Positions 39,101 to 54,100 of a stretch of 64,000 nucleotides of DNA are shown here, in pieces. This DNA is from Hydrolagus colliei. Lineage: Eukaryota. Numbering within the stretch: the stretch's first letter is position 1; the number at the start of each line of letters is the position of its first letter. A model generated the notes under the pieces. The model did no database searches. It was not told where the DNA came from and was given only the letters and a program-made list of their open reading frames with translations. Position numbers and translations under genes: made by a program. The DNA is taken from NCBI GenBank assembly GCA_035084275.1, contig CM068745.1, forward strand, positions 14,694,001 through 14,758,000, in the 5' to 3' direction.

Positions 39101-42100
39101 TTCGTGCCATTAAATCAGTTGTGTCAGCATGACAGGCCCTAATTGTATCATAAATTCCAGTAAAATATCCATGATACGAAAGCCAATTCCTGGTTCTATC
39201 TAATCTCTGCTACATAGTGTTTGTGTTGTATTGAATTATAATTCTTAAAGTTGTAATTCCACTTAATGCTTGACATACCCTTGGCAGAATTCAAAATCAA
39301 AATCAAAATTGATTCATATTGGGTCTAATAATGTTTGAGACATCTCAAAACGCCTTACAGAATACACTGTAAAATAAATTCACTGTATATTTTGTGGGCA
39401 AAACATACTATTTTAAATCACCCAGCATAGTCTTAAATGCAGTATTAATTTTGAAGCCAGTTTTCCATCATTTCTGTTAAGAACTACTGCTAACTGAAAG
39501 CTAAGACAAAATTCAACAATCGACCAAATTCTTGACACTGGTGAGCAAATGGTCAGGTTTGAAGAGGTCAATGAAGATTGCTGCTCTAATAGCTGTGAAC
39601 CCTGCTTTAGTGTATTTAAAATAAGATACAACTGGTTCCAGGATTAGAAAAATAATAAATCTTGCTTAGCAGCAACCAAGACAGCGACAAGGAATTTTGT
39701 GAGAGAAATGCTGACCAAACAATTGTGCTGAAACTGGAAGGGATTTGCTTCAGATCAATGGCCAGGCTAAACAAATGGATGGAACAATAACAACAACTTT
39801 GATTTATATAGCGCCCTCCACACTGAACGGCGTCTCAGAGCGCTTCAAAACAATGTGACATTTCATAACAGAATCAATGTGATACATCATATCAATAAGA
39901 CCACATTATGTAATGTCACATTCGTCACTCCCACAATTAAATTCCACAACCTTATTCCCATTGCATCATGTCCGCTAGAACTCTATGGAGGTGCTACAGA
40001 CATTATCAATGAGGTTAATGAAGGATGAACGCGGAAACCTCCATCTCCTTTCCATAAAATACCAATTTCCATTTACAGTATATAGCGGCTTTCAGTTCAG
40101 GAGAAAATCCCAAAGCCCTGAGATGCTGCTAGATTTCTGATGATTTAATAATAACAATCCTTGCATTTGAAATAGCACTTTTCACGTCTACTAGACGTCT
40201 CAAAGAACTTCACAGAATATACTGTGAAGTGAATTGGCTGTATATTTTTGTGGGCGATTTTCATCATTTGGATTATTTTAATATTAGAAAGTCACTTGCC
40301 AGTATTAAGCATCTCACGTTAGATAAGCAGAATGAGTAAGCTCTGAGTTCAACCGTAGTCACATCACAGATGTGTCAAGCATTTGAACAGTTACAGTGGA
40401 AATGTGACCGTACTGTAATCATTTTTCCTCTCTTTAAATCCTGAATGTTTATTTCAAGGCACTGTTGTTATAGGCAATACGGAAAAACAAGGAGGAAAAT
40501 ATTTCTGAAGCTACAAGTGTTGTTTTTTGATGTACAAAAATGATTTCAAGAAAGGTCATTTCCCATTTGGCAGCAAATGCTTTCGTTTCTCGAGCTGAAT
40601 TCCCGGTGAATAGTAAACTGGCAGGAATTTGAAAAGGGAGGTTTTCTTTTCATAATTGCAGGTATTAGAATAACTGTTTCCCTGAAATCCCAAGGGAAAA
40701 AATCTATAAGTTTTCCTTTGTTCCGGAAGAGAGAAAAAAAAAATCCCATACCTTTTCTCCCATTTTTCAAACACAATCTACTGCCACATAACACTATTCA
40801 ACATCTGTCATCCATCTGGAATTTGAAGCTCATTTTTCACTAAAGGATGATGCCAGGTTTAAATAATAAACCAATAACTCTTAAGTTTATTTGACGGACT
40901 TCAACATCTGTGAGAAATCCTTACCAGTAATCTGCTGGCTCGATGCCAAATGTGTTGGCTTCAGTGTGAACTGGCACTGCATATCCACGGGCAACTGCTC
41001 GATGATGAAGGACCTTTGGAGGTCCAGAGGGAAGATGGAGTCTTTGCATCCTTGTGGCTGGCCAGCTGCTTCTCGAATATGACTCATTTTAATGCTGAAT
41101 GGATATTCATGGCCTATTGCAAAAAAACAAAGCAAATCTTCTAACCCGTCCAAAAAAACCACAATAATAAAATTCTGAAACATCAAATCAATTTGTCCCA
41201 ATGACATCCTATAAATATAATATTATGAATTCAAATTATAATTAAATATTAGTAATGCAAAAGCCTAGTTCCTAGTACCATTTGAAGTATGGGACTATAT
41301 GTTGATTGTGGAGCTCCTGTGGTTTAGCGATTAGAGCACTTGTCTTGCAAGCTGGGGAGACCAAGCTGGGAAGACCTGAGTTCGAATCCAGGCAGGTCAG
41401 GGCGAAACCTTAGGCAAGTTTCTTTACTCCTCACACCTAATAATAATAATCCCTCCAAAAAAACCACAATAATAAAATTGGTCATTTCAATCCACGACTG
41501 TTTGTGCGACACTGATGTGCGCAATTGGCTGCAATTGCCCACAATTGGCTGCAATTGCCCACAAACATACAGTCAATTCACTTTACAGTATATTCTGTGA
41601 AGCGCTTTGGGATGTTGATAAGATGTGAAAAGCGCTATATCAAATGCAAGCATTATTATTATTATTATTGTGTTTGTTGGAGAATAATTGTTAAAACGCT
41701 AAATTCCTCTAGATTTCATCTATTCATGTTGTATTTTTGATCATGCAGAATTATGTCAAATTTCTAAATACAGCATCAATTTTGAAGTCAGTTTTCTGTA
41801 AGTTCTTTTTAATAACTACAGAAATCTGACTTCAAAATTGAACAATTTGCCAAATTCTGACCATTCTAAAATACTACATAAATGGAATAAATCTGAACCG
41901 AGGTAGAATTTCACCCAGGTTTTTGTCACCAGATTATTTAATAAAAACAATTATCAAACATACTTGAAGTTGCATGTGATGTTTTAGAAATGCAATAATT
42001 GCACATCTTTTTAAGAAATACGATAAGAAATCCTGCATATTAGACCATATATTTCTATAAACTACACCTAACATAGAATCCACATCATGAAGCTGGAGTC

Positions 42101-45100
42101 CACTCTGCAGTGAATGGATGTTTTTTCCCTATATTTACTATAATGCTCAAAGAAATGTTCACAAATCCAACCAACAACTTCAAAGGGAGTAGACCAAACA
42201 TACCAGAAGGATTCTCCTAGTCCCAGTCATTTTTATGGCAATTTAGCACCAATCAAAAAAAATAGCCGTCTTGGCACTGAGGTTCATTTAGCTGAGGTTA
42301 TTGCTTGATATTGTATCTCGGCCAACAAACTTCAGTGTAAAATGTGTCATTCACGTCATGGTTGTTAGTGGGAAAATGCTATGTACAAATTGACTGCTAT
42401 GTTCTCCTACAAACATAGTCTTGCAGTAAACCCTGTGAAGCGTTTTAAAACATTTCAAAGGTGTGATAAGGCACTATGTCAAATGCAAGATTTGTTGTCT
42501 TATAGTATTTTACATAGAATTGCATAAAATCACATAAAGCACAAAAACAGGCATTTCAGCCTAACTGGTCCTTGTCCATTGTTATACTTCATGCCTCCAT
42601 CCCTCATGTTTCCCCTCTCTTATGCCCCTCTATTCCCCTCTTCCTCATGTCTGTATCAAGTTTCTTCTTACATACATTACTACTCCAGTCATAGCTTTTG
42701 GCAGTAAGTTCTACATTCTCACAACCTGAAGGCATGAAGAAGTTCTGATGTTGATGTTAGAACATAAGAATATAAGAATTAGGAGCAGGAGTCGGCCATT
42801 CGGCCCCTCGAGTCTGCCCCGCTATTCAATAAGATCATGGCTGATCTATATGAACTCCACCTACCCACCTTATCCCCATATCCCTCAATCACTTTATCCA
42901 CAAGAAATCTATCAATCTCAGTCTTGAAAATGTTCAAGGACTGAGCATCTACAGCCCTTTGGTGAAGAGAATTCCATAAATTCACTACCCTCTGAATGAA
43001 GAAGTTTTTCCTCAACTCAGTGCGAAAGGGCTGACCCCTAATTTTAAAGACTGTGACCTCCGGTTATAGTTTCTCCAGGATTTTACTCTGTGCTACTGGA
43101 TTAACAACACCATTACAAGGATTAAATCAAATCATCATAAATAGCATGGAGGTATTTAATTATTCTACAGTGCTATCAATAGACACTGTGGGAGGATTTG
43201 TATTTTGCAATACTATTCACCATCTGGAAGATAGATCCATGAAAGTAAGAGCCAAGATCCAAAAGGACAAGTGGCATCATATATAATAATAATCTTATAG
43301 CAATACAATACACTTTGCCCACAAATATAAGCATTCCTCCACAGGGTAAATCTTGTAAAGCACTTTGGGACATACTCCTGTAAAAGACGCTATAACAAAT
43401 GAAATAATTATTACGTTTATCTAGTGTCTTTCATATCAGAAGGATGCTTCAAAGTGCTTGAAAAAAGCTGACGGGGCCCCGAGCTAGGGATTGAAGCCAA
43501 GGTGGGAGAGAAAAAAGAATGAAAGCTTGGTCAAAGAGATGCATTTTGAGACAGACTTTGAATGAGGGGAGGGAGTGAGTCAGAGTAGAGGTGAACAGGG
43601 CATATCGTAGAGGAAACAATTCACTAGATTGGGAGCAAAGTCCAAGACAGTTAAAACTGAGGTCAGGAAACTTTTCTTCAGACAGAAAGTTGTGGAGATG
43701 TGGAATGCTCTGCACCAGAAAGCTGTACAGTAATTGCTAAATCAATTGGAAGGTTTAAGAGAGATATGGACAGATAGCTAGATTATAGAGATACAAACGA
43801 GTGAGGCAAAGGGCAGGGCATTGGGAGTCAAAGTTTTGCTAAAATGTAATAAACAAGTGGAACTGTACGTGATGGTCTGAATTGCCTCCTCCCTTTTCCT
43901 TTTATTGTGGTGTGTATTCCTCTATTTCAGGTATACAATTGGAGAGTAGAACTGATATTGAGGGAGTTAAGAAAAAAACACTGAACCTCAAAGCAATAAA
44001 AATTAGCTGTTTAGTGAAATCAGTTTTTCTAATAACACAGCGGTGATACTGAGTCTAGAACTCATTTCTGTGCAAATTCCATCCCCAACTGAAAAATATT
44101 TGTTTGCATTAGAGGTGGAGAGCTGGGTGGGTGAGGGAAGTCTGTAGAAAATCTTAAATTAACCCTGTTTGTTTTTTAAGACTTTCCATTTAAAAATAAA
44201 TGGTAAAGCCTCAAATATTTCCTTACAAAGCTTTGGACTTGGGTACATTTGCCACTGAGTAAGTCAGAACCACCTTGAATGTTCAGTGACTAGGATAGTA
44301 CATACATTGTCAATTGTGTTACTCGTACTGTATGTGATATCTTTGAAAACTATGTGCATTCATTCGCTTTTCAGATCTCTCTTGCGACTGAGTGCTGGAC
44401 CCTGGGAGAAACTTAAAGATCCTTCACAGATTAAGATTCTTCACAGGAGAAATTTTGCACACAGCAAGTTGCTTGGATCTGGAAGGCATTGCCTGAAAGG
44501 GTGGTGGAAGCCGATTCTAAAGCAAATTTTTAGAGAGAAGTAGATAGTTATTTGGGGAGGATAGGGTTGCAGGATTATGGGGAGAGCGCGGGGAAGTGGT
44601 ATTGATTTGGACAGCTCTTTTCAAAGAGCCGGCACAGATACGATGGGCTGAAAGGCCTCCTTCTATGCTGTATAATTCTATGATTCTATTATTCTTTGAT
44701 TAGCACTGTAGAAATGAACACATCAGCCTGGAGACAACATAATGAAGCTGGTTGTTGGTGATCGATGGAGGTAATGGAAATGTTTCAGGATGAAGTGTAA
44801 CTGTCTTTTCACCAAGACGTCAATGACAAAGCAAAAACCTAGGCCATTGACTAAGTCAGCTAACTCGCACACAAATATACAATCAATTCACTTTACAGTA
44901 TATTCTGTGAAGTGCTTTGAGACATCAATAAGATATGAAAAGCACTATATCAACTGCAAGGATTATTATTATTATATTATAACTCAATGTCCATCTCGGG
45001 CATCAGGTGTCACAGATGCATTTTTGCATCTGTAGAACTGATTCATTGTCCTCAGAAGCAATTTTCTCAGTATCATTTTGTAGCTGAATGTTGTCTCTGT

Positions 45101-48100
45101 GATCATTGCAATTACACTTTGCAGCTCTGTTAAGGTCACTGGTTCTCCTGTGTCATCTGTAGACATTCTGTGTGCTTCAGAGTAACAATTCTCCCTTTTC
45201 CGAAAAGCCTCTCCATGCGTTGTTGTCATGTAATGCTCAAAAGTGCTTGCTCTGCCAGAAAACATTCTCCTCGTCTTATAATGTAAAATTTATTCGATCA
45301 CATGTGTATGAAATGCTCTGTTTTTGAAGCATGGTTTCCTGTCCACAATTCTCTGTGTTGGTCACAAACCAATCTATTTGTTCCATTTCTTGGCAATTCA
45401 AAAATGGCCTCACCAACTTTTAGGGATACAATTTAATAATAGTCCTACCATTTGTTATAAAGCCTTTCACATTCCAGTAATGCCAGAAGGATGACTCAGG
45501 ATTTATTGTGAAGATCAAGTGAATACCAATTTACTTAGGAGTTTGTTGGCCAGGACACCAGGAGAAACTCCATTCTTTTTCCATCAAGATCTTTAGCGTT
45601 CACCTGAACATGCACACAAAACCTCAGTCTAACGTCTTACCTGAAGGACAGGTCCTCTAACAATGCAACACTCCCCCAGCATCAGCCAAGACTGTGAGAG
45701 TTCAAAGTCCCGACATGGGGCTTAAATCCATAACCTTCTGACTCTTTCTCGAGGCAAGAGTACTACCAATTAAGCCAACTATTGATGAATTTATCATTGC
45801 TAATAAATGAAGGTGTCTAGCATTCTGAAGGCAAGCATGGCCTATTCATTGCATATTTATAATTGGGCATCTCTTTTAGGTCAGAAAAAGAATGCTCATA
45901 TTAGTAATTGGCACTTAATAGATATACACAGAGGAAATGTACACTCTGGCATGTAAAATGGGATAATAATAATCCCAGATAACACCCTTCAATGTTAACC
46001 TTGTGAAGAGAAATTGCCAAAGCTGGGAATGTATGCACTGGGTAAGAAATGATTGAGAGAATAATGCTTTTATTTTAAACCAACGCAGCTACGGTCTTGT
46101 CAACATTCATCATTCAATCCTAGAATCTTATGGCACAAAAGGAGGCCATTCGACCCATCGAGTCTGTGCTGGCTCTTTGAAAAGAGCAATTTAGTTGTAG
46201 GAAGTTTTCGCTCATCCAGGCTTCGATGTCCGCCAGGCAACCCAAGAGGACCTGGAGTTCAGGCTAAACTTTAGGATAAATTATATACACAAGCTAGCTC
46301 CAAAATCCTATTGAAAAATGACCCAAGAAGAGATGGTCTGAAGAGAGGTGATGAGGCAAACATTGACATGGTCTCCATCCAAAACAAGAACAATGATCGT
46401 GTCTCTCTTTGTTGTGATCGGAACTGCATGAACTGGGGGAGGACTGCATTGTCGGAGGTGCCATCTTGCAGATGACAAGTTAAATTGAGGCCCCATCTGC
46501 CTGTTCAGATGGACGTTATAAGATCCTGTAGCACGATTTAAAAAGGGACAGGAATTTGTCCCTGTATCCAAGCTGAGAATTCCTGAGATAAAACTGGTAG
46601 CTCACTACTTGACTGATTATGGGCATTACTGTATACAAACTGGCTGCCACATTCCCCTACAAAATATATGGTTACTATGCTTTACTGTACAAAGTGAATC
46701 GTTTTGAGACATGAAAGGTGCTGTATTAGCTGCAAGCACAGAATATTATTATTCCATCAACCAAAGATTTCATTGCAGGAAATTGCTGGCTGTAACAAGG
46801 AGTGTGCAGCCATAAAAGAGAGGGCCAAGCTCTTCAATTAAACAGTCATATTTCCAAAGAAAGTTCCAAATCAATGTAAGACCAGTTCTTTTTCTGGAAG
46901 CAACTTGGCCTCATCTTTTATGGCTGTGCAGTCTCTTTTACCTCAGTCAGCAATTTCCTACAAGGCAACCTTTGGACCGTGATATCCCTGCATATACAGG
47001 ATATTCCCAGGCATTCCTTTTGTGGATACACAGAGGCATCTTTCATCTGAGCTTCCACTCTCACTTCCTCTTTGAAAACAGTTCTATATACTCTCAGTCC
47101 CTTTCAATCGCACACCTTCTCAAAAATACAACCAAATATCTCACAGATGCATCTTGATGAATCCAGAAATTCAATAGGGCCAAATCCAAAATGTCAGATA
47201 CCTTCTTGTAGTTAATAAAAATAATGCCCATATTTTCTCACTCATTTATTTTAGAAATTTGAAGTCATTTAAGCTAGGTGCAAAAATCGCTTTGGCAGCA
47301 ATGTAGCCCAGTTAGATAAGAACATAAGAATTTGCTAAGAGAAAGAAGACCAAGATACATCTAGTTCACCTTCCACCACCCTGGAAGTCACCTAACATGT
47401 CATGTCCCAAACTATAAATTGTATTCAAGATATGATTGTGCAGCAGAAATCGATCTAATTTGTTCTTTGTTCAACAGGAGGCTTAGTGTGTCTTCTATCA
47501 TTGTGTTGCTGCTAGCTAACTATCTGACCATAATATGTTTTGCACATCAACTTGGCACCTATTTTAGCTGGAACACTGATTCAGTCCAAATAACTGGGAA
47601 ATGTTCTCCCTTTAAAATAGACATGTGCATCCTAAATGGAACATCTCTGAGCAAAATAGAGCTTGGCTCACTTGCAGATGTTATACACTAAGAATTTGTT
47701 TAAAAAAACTCACAATAAGAAATTGCATTTACATAGCAGCCTTCACACAGGAGCGCATTTTAGAGGATAGCACAGTGATGGGGTTAGGTGCTAAACGAGG
47801 GAGAAAGAGAAACAGGTGACCAAAGGAATGGTTCAAGAGGTAATAATAATCCTTGCATTTAATATAACGCTTTTCACATCTTCTAGACGTCTCAAAGTGC
47901 TTCACAGAATATACTGTAAAGTGAATTGAATGTATATTTGTGGGCGAAACTCGGCAGCCAATTGCATACAGCAATGTCCCACAAACTCATGCATTGAATG
48001 ATCAAACTTTTTTTTTTTTTCTTGAGGGATTATTACCAGGCATGTAGAGTAGGGAAACTTGCTCAAGGTTTCATCCTGCCAGGAATCAAACCCAGATCTC

Positions 48101-51100
48101 TTGTTTGCTAGGTGAGTGCTCTAAAGTTACAGGACTCCACAAGGTAGGTCCTAAATTGAGGTTTAAAGAGAGGTAGAGGGGAAGAGGCAAAGGGAGGCAG
48201 TGTATTTGAGGCAGGGAATCCCAGAGATTAGAGTTGTAGCACCCTTCACAAAGGATAGCATCTTGAAGTACTTCACAGGGACAGTGAAGTTAATTGATAT
48301 CCTAACTTTCAACAACTTTATTGTAGATCTCACCTGATCCATGGCAAATGTTGGATCTCATTAGACACTTAATGGTTGTTTAAACATTTTGCCATCCTGT
48401 TTGTAGTTGTTCAGCTCTTTACTTCTTTCAAGGACATGAAATTCAACTGTGGAGAGCTTTTCCTCTCTGTATTTTATTGACTTTGCAGCACAAAACTAAT
48501 TCTTTGTTATCGTTTTGATCTTCTGGATGATGACATTTGTCTTTAGTGTATTCAAGTTTTTTGGCATCGATGATTAAGTTAGATTTAACTGACATTTCAT
48601 GCTTTATCTTCTGCATCATCTCATTGTACCTTGGCTTTGGTTTGGTTTGGCAGTTAGATGTGTTTTTATGAGATATCATTATTCATGAAGATCTAAAAGC
48701 ATGTCCAAGGTCTTGTGGATATTTTTACCCTCTTAATTCCAATAACTTCTTCAGCAGAGTCTCTCAGACTTGGCCATCAGCTCACCTCTGTCATACTTCA
48801 ACCACAGGAAATTTATTCCCACTACTATCTGAGAAGATTGAGAGACAACACGATTGCTGTCTGTAAGATTCTAAAGGGGCAAGACAATATAGATCATGTC
48901 ATGTTGTTTCAACTTGTCCAGAATAGTAAAACCAGAGGACATGGCCTGCGATCGAAGGGTGGTAAATTCAGAACAAATCTACGCAAACACTATTTAATTG
49001 AGCAAATAGTGAATAGGCTCCCTATGGAGATGGTTGAAGCAAATAGTGTTCATTCTTTCAAACACAGATTAGATAGTTTTCTTTTAGGGAATAACATTAT
49101 GATATAGGTAGATAGGTAGTTTGGGACATATGTGCAAGCGATTGTCAGGAAGGTGGAAGGCAAACTAAATGGACCTTGGTCTTTTTTTGTCTAGCATTTC
49201 TTGTGTTCTCATGTTCGTATCTCTACAACTGGTGGGTTTTGGAGTATTTCCAGGTAAAGTCCATCTTCTTTACAGAACTGGAGCATAGATAGTGTTTAAA
49301 TGCTCAGTGAAGGTTTGTGGTCAGGACTACTGTCAAATTTGCAGTGCTTATTGACAAGGGTGGATACTGAGTAGCATACTAGCAATACTAGCATATTGCA
49401 CACAGAACAATTATTTAATTCATAACTTTTTGTGCTGACGATGTGAAAAGGAAAGCTCTTGGGGGTTCAGTTTAGAGCTGAACTGGCCCTAACATAACAT
49501 GTTTGCTAACAGAATGCTGGAATCAAGCCAGTCATCTGTGGCGGTCTTGGTAGTCTAGTTCCTGAGCCAGACAGGTCTGTAGTATTCCAGGGTACAGTTT
49601 AGGATAGCACAGCCAGCCTGGCTCATTAACCGGACTTGGAAGGGCAGATAAGTCACTGCGAGCAGGGATTCCTTCCAATTGGCTCCTGTTAACTCTGCAT
49701 AACCTAACGGATAATCTGGACCTAGCTGGACAAGTTGCGGGAAAGTTTGCCAAACGGTGTTATCAATCACAAGCTATGCAGTTTTAACTGGTTAGACTCC
49801 AGCAGTAAACCAACACACACTCTGGCGTCCCCAAGCCTTGGTTCTTGCCAACCTATACCAAATGCTTTCTGGAATTAGATAAGCAGGAAGCGTCCCTCCA
49901 GGGAGAGAGTGCGCATTCCATTCCAACAATCTATCTCTGGAATTTCCACATGTCGATGGGATGCATGGAATTCTCAATTTGATTTGGATACTCTTCAGCG
50001 CGGTGATGGGTTTCCGCATGTGTCAAGACACTGACGAAAAAAACAACTTGGGAATCTTTCTTGTACTGTAGTCATTCAAGTTGCCATGAACACATTTTCC
50101 CAAGGTCTGGTTTCCAGATGACAAAATTGTAAAACAACCTCAATACTGACAGTCATATCCAATGCAGAACCACAGAAATGTACAGTGCAGAAGGAGATTA
50201 TTTGGCCGATAGGTTTATGCAAATTCTCAGAAAGAATTATCCTTTTATTTCCCATGTCCTGCCTTTCTCCATACCCTTTTCCATTTCTCCTTTTCAAATA
50301 TTTATCTAATCCCCATTTAAAATGTAATATTTTAGCTTCCAGGTAGGGCATGACTAAAACAAGTCAGGCAAAGACTGAACAATAATGCAGATTTCAATAT
50401 ACAGTGAAAGCCTGTTTATCCGGCAACTGATCAATCGTAATTTCCGTATAACAGGCACATCCCCCAAAAAGTCTGCATTCGATTAACCAGAATTTATCTG
50501 GAAAAAGCTTCTTTTTTTTTTTTTGCGTCTTCGGCCGAATATCCGGCACGTGCTTTAACTGGCATTGGCCAGGTCCCGAGGGTGCCGGATAAACGGGCTT
50601 TTACTGTACTTAGTTGATAATGAATGCAACTGATTCCTTAGACTTTTTTTTAATGGAAAATGATGCAGATTGCTTTTCATAAAAACAATACTATAATTTC
50701 TAGCACCACTTCATCATAATGCTATTATTCTAAACAGGCTGAATTCTGTTTTTAACAATTGTGACATTGTTTAATGTCAATATATGCAAATACGCGTCAT
50801 GATTTCATTTCATAAATACACAAAGTCTGTGACTATAAACAGATATCTGGGGAATAATGTACAATAATGTAATGTTTCACTGCAGAGAGAATTTATTATT
50901 GGTGTGTACTAGTGCGGGAGATGTTGCGGAATAACACCTTCAACATAAATGATTTATTTGGGGAATGATTAAAACGATGGTTGTATGAGGTAGATTTTGC
51001 GGTATTTCTTAACTTTATTTCTGTGTTAAGAAATACGAATGGGAAAGTATGTTAGTCACCAAAAACTCAAGGAAAATCCTTTCGTAAAGTAGGTTGAGCT

Positions 51101-54100
51101 TAAGCAGCAGTCAGCATCACAGATGGAATTTCTTAAATAATAAACCCCCATCAGGAAACATTGCAAAAATTATCGACCCATCATTTTCCAGTCCTCTGTG
51201 GACTGGATAAACACATCTTTTAAATAATTCTGTAACTTACCGATCAGAGGATAGTGGGCATCTTCTTTCCCAGAGTTGACCCAAAGCTGATAATCTTTAG
51301 TGCTGCCCTATATTGTAAGAGCCAAGTAAGATATAATCAGTATGGCAGACATACTAAGAATGAAGGTGAATAGTAGATGGAGAAAATCGCAAGCAGTGTC
51401 TATTTGCAATGAAGAATGCATGACTTAGAAAAAATAGAAACAGCTTTAAAGAGCTGACTAAAGCCAGTCTGTACTTAGTAACAAGTCCACAACCAGTAGT
51501 GGGAACAAAGCTTAACCCACTGTGGTACTCTGAGATATGTGGTCTGTGTGGTTCAGCCATCCTGTATATTAGTTAATAATTCTACTTGCTTTGCTTAGTA
51601 TGTGTTCTAAAATACATTCAATGTTTTAAGTATGCATATTTAATGCTTTTTGTCAAAACTGCTACAAAAAGGTAACAGATTTGACATACTTTCTCATGAT
51701 AATTATGCATCATGTGCAAACCATGCATCAAATACCATTTTCTAATCTTGGCCTTAAGTGCAGAACATAATACCGGTGCCGTTAATTTAAATAACAAAAA
51801 ATCCTTTTGATTGTGTAAAGGGTGATACTGCATGGAGATAGGTCATTTCAACCCAACTAGTCTGTGTTGGTGTTTATACACTATACAAGCCTCCACACCT
51901 CCTAATCTCCCTATTCCCTTCTCCCTTGTGTGTTATCATGTTTTCTCTTAAGTATAAAAATGATGTTCGCTTCGACCACTGCTCCCAGCGGAGAATTCCA
52001 TATCCTCACCACCTTCTGTTTTGCTTGTTACAAAATCAAGGATGCCTGTGATTTTCTCTGTACACATACATTTATTTATACATGGTTTGTAACTGGCATA
52101 TAATATATCCAAATACAGACATAATTTATCTTGTTATTTTTGGATCCATAATTTTTTTTTGCTGAAGTCAGCTCCCACTGCCAACACTGACTACAAGAGT
52201 GCTCATATTTGATGTTCGACAGAGCAGCAGATATCACAGGATGATAACCTGTGTTTAAAGCTCTTTTTAATAATATATTTAACTCTGAATCTTGGATGAC
52301 ATTCTCACAAATTTACAACCCCTGAAATCATTCTCAAACCAAATGTATTTGATCATCCAAAGTCCCATAAAATCGGATGAGAATAGGTTTTGATTTACTC
52401 TTCTTGGTTAATGAAGGTTTTGAATTATAGAAGCTAGTTACATATTTATCATATTTAGTCATGATTCATTTCAAATAATAAAACCCTGATGTGAGTTTGA
52501 AGGACTCTTTATGGACTTGGACATCTCTGAAGATTGGGGATAACTATAAATAGACCGAAGAATTAATTAAGTAACAAAATGAAAAAAATCAAAAGTAAGA
52601 CATCTATTCCAAAAATAGATGTCACTTGTTATGAACCAACTTACTGTGATTGCAAACTGCTGAAGTGCCATGGCAACAACATCATTCGCAGTGTCTGTGT
52701 TGTTCACAGTTAGGACCTTTGACTGAAAGAGAAAGGGGGAAAATTTTCAGTGAAATCTATAGATGTCTCCATAAAAGGACCTTGGCAGCGAACTCAGTTT
52801 TATGTCCAAAGGCAAATTGTAAGGGCAGGGGGTGCTGGATATGAAATTGCTGCTAGAGATGAGTTTGTTGACCTCACTGTTATAGTTCAGATCTGGAGTT
52901 CAATTTTTTTGCTGACTCCTTTGGCTAGTTTCAGTCTTGTTGTAAATATCTATTATGAAATGACACTGGATTGAAATGGGGGATCAGCAGATTGTTTAGA
53001 TTTGACATACAAAATCCTGAAAGCCATTGGCTCTCAGTCTATTTAGTCAGTACAGTAACATGTTCGATCCAGTTTGTGCCGAGTTAGCGGATCTCAGCCA
53101 GTTCAGCATTGCCATGTATGGACATTGGGTGCAATACAATAACAAACAAACAAAATTACATTTGTAGAGCGCCTTTCACGTTGGGGAACGTCCCAAGGCA
53201 CTGAACAGTCAGGGGTCAGGACCTGAGTCAGGGTTGGTTGAGAGGCATAGAGCCTGCTGAATGGAGGGAATGGACAGATTGATAGGGGGTCAGCAGGTCA
53301 GAGAGGTAGGAGGGGGGAAGGCCGTGGAGGGCCTTGAAAGTGAGGACAAGGATCTTGAATTATAATAATAATCCTTGCATTTGATATAGCACTTTTCACG
53401 TATTCTAGACATCTCCAAGCGCTTCACAGAATATACTGGAATTGATAGCAGAGGCAGAGAGATGGAGTTGGGTACATTTGGAAATTGATTCTATGTTTGA
53501 GGATTATGTCACCAAGGGGGAACATGCAGAGGTAGATGTGGAGGGTGGTCTAGTGGCAGCCATTGATGGTGAAACAAGGGACAAGCAGGAGGCTGGAGTC
53601 ACTACATGTGAATAGACTGGAAACGTTGGCAAGACTTGCAGATGAATAATGACTATTTGACGGACTCATTGGAGGGTGCCTGACACCTGTGAGACACTGC
53701 CCATGGTAGGATAAAGTAGTAAATAAAGTAGTAAATTCAGGCAGGCAAGGTGTTATTTTCCCCCAAAATTTATAACATGTTTATTCAGTGATTTCTCATC
53801 AATTCTGTGAAGTGATCCGCACGAGCGATAAAAGCTGGCAACATTTTTTTAAATCAAGCCACCCAAGGGCAAATAGGAGAATAAATCCAGAATATAAAGA
53901 GAATATTCTGATTTATCTTTTACAGATTGTAGAACGCTTGTATATTTTAACCCCTTTCAGTGTTTGGGTCAATTTTATTAAAAGAAATAGATCTACTAAT
54001 AATTTATTTTAGTGGATTAGTGGTTAGAGCACTCGCCTGGTAAGCAAAAGATCTGGGATCGATTCCCAGCAGGACAAAACCTTAGGCAAGGTTCCTTACT

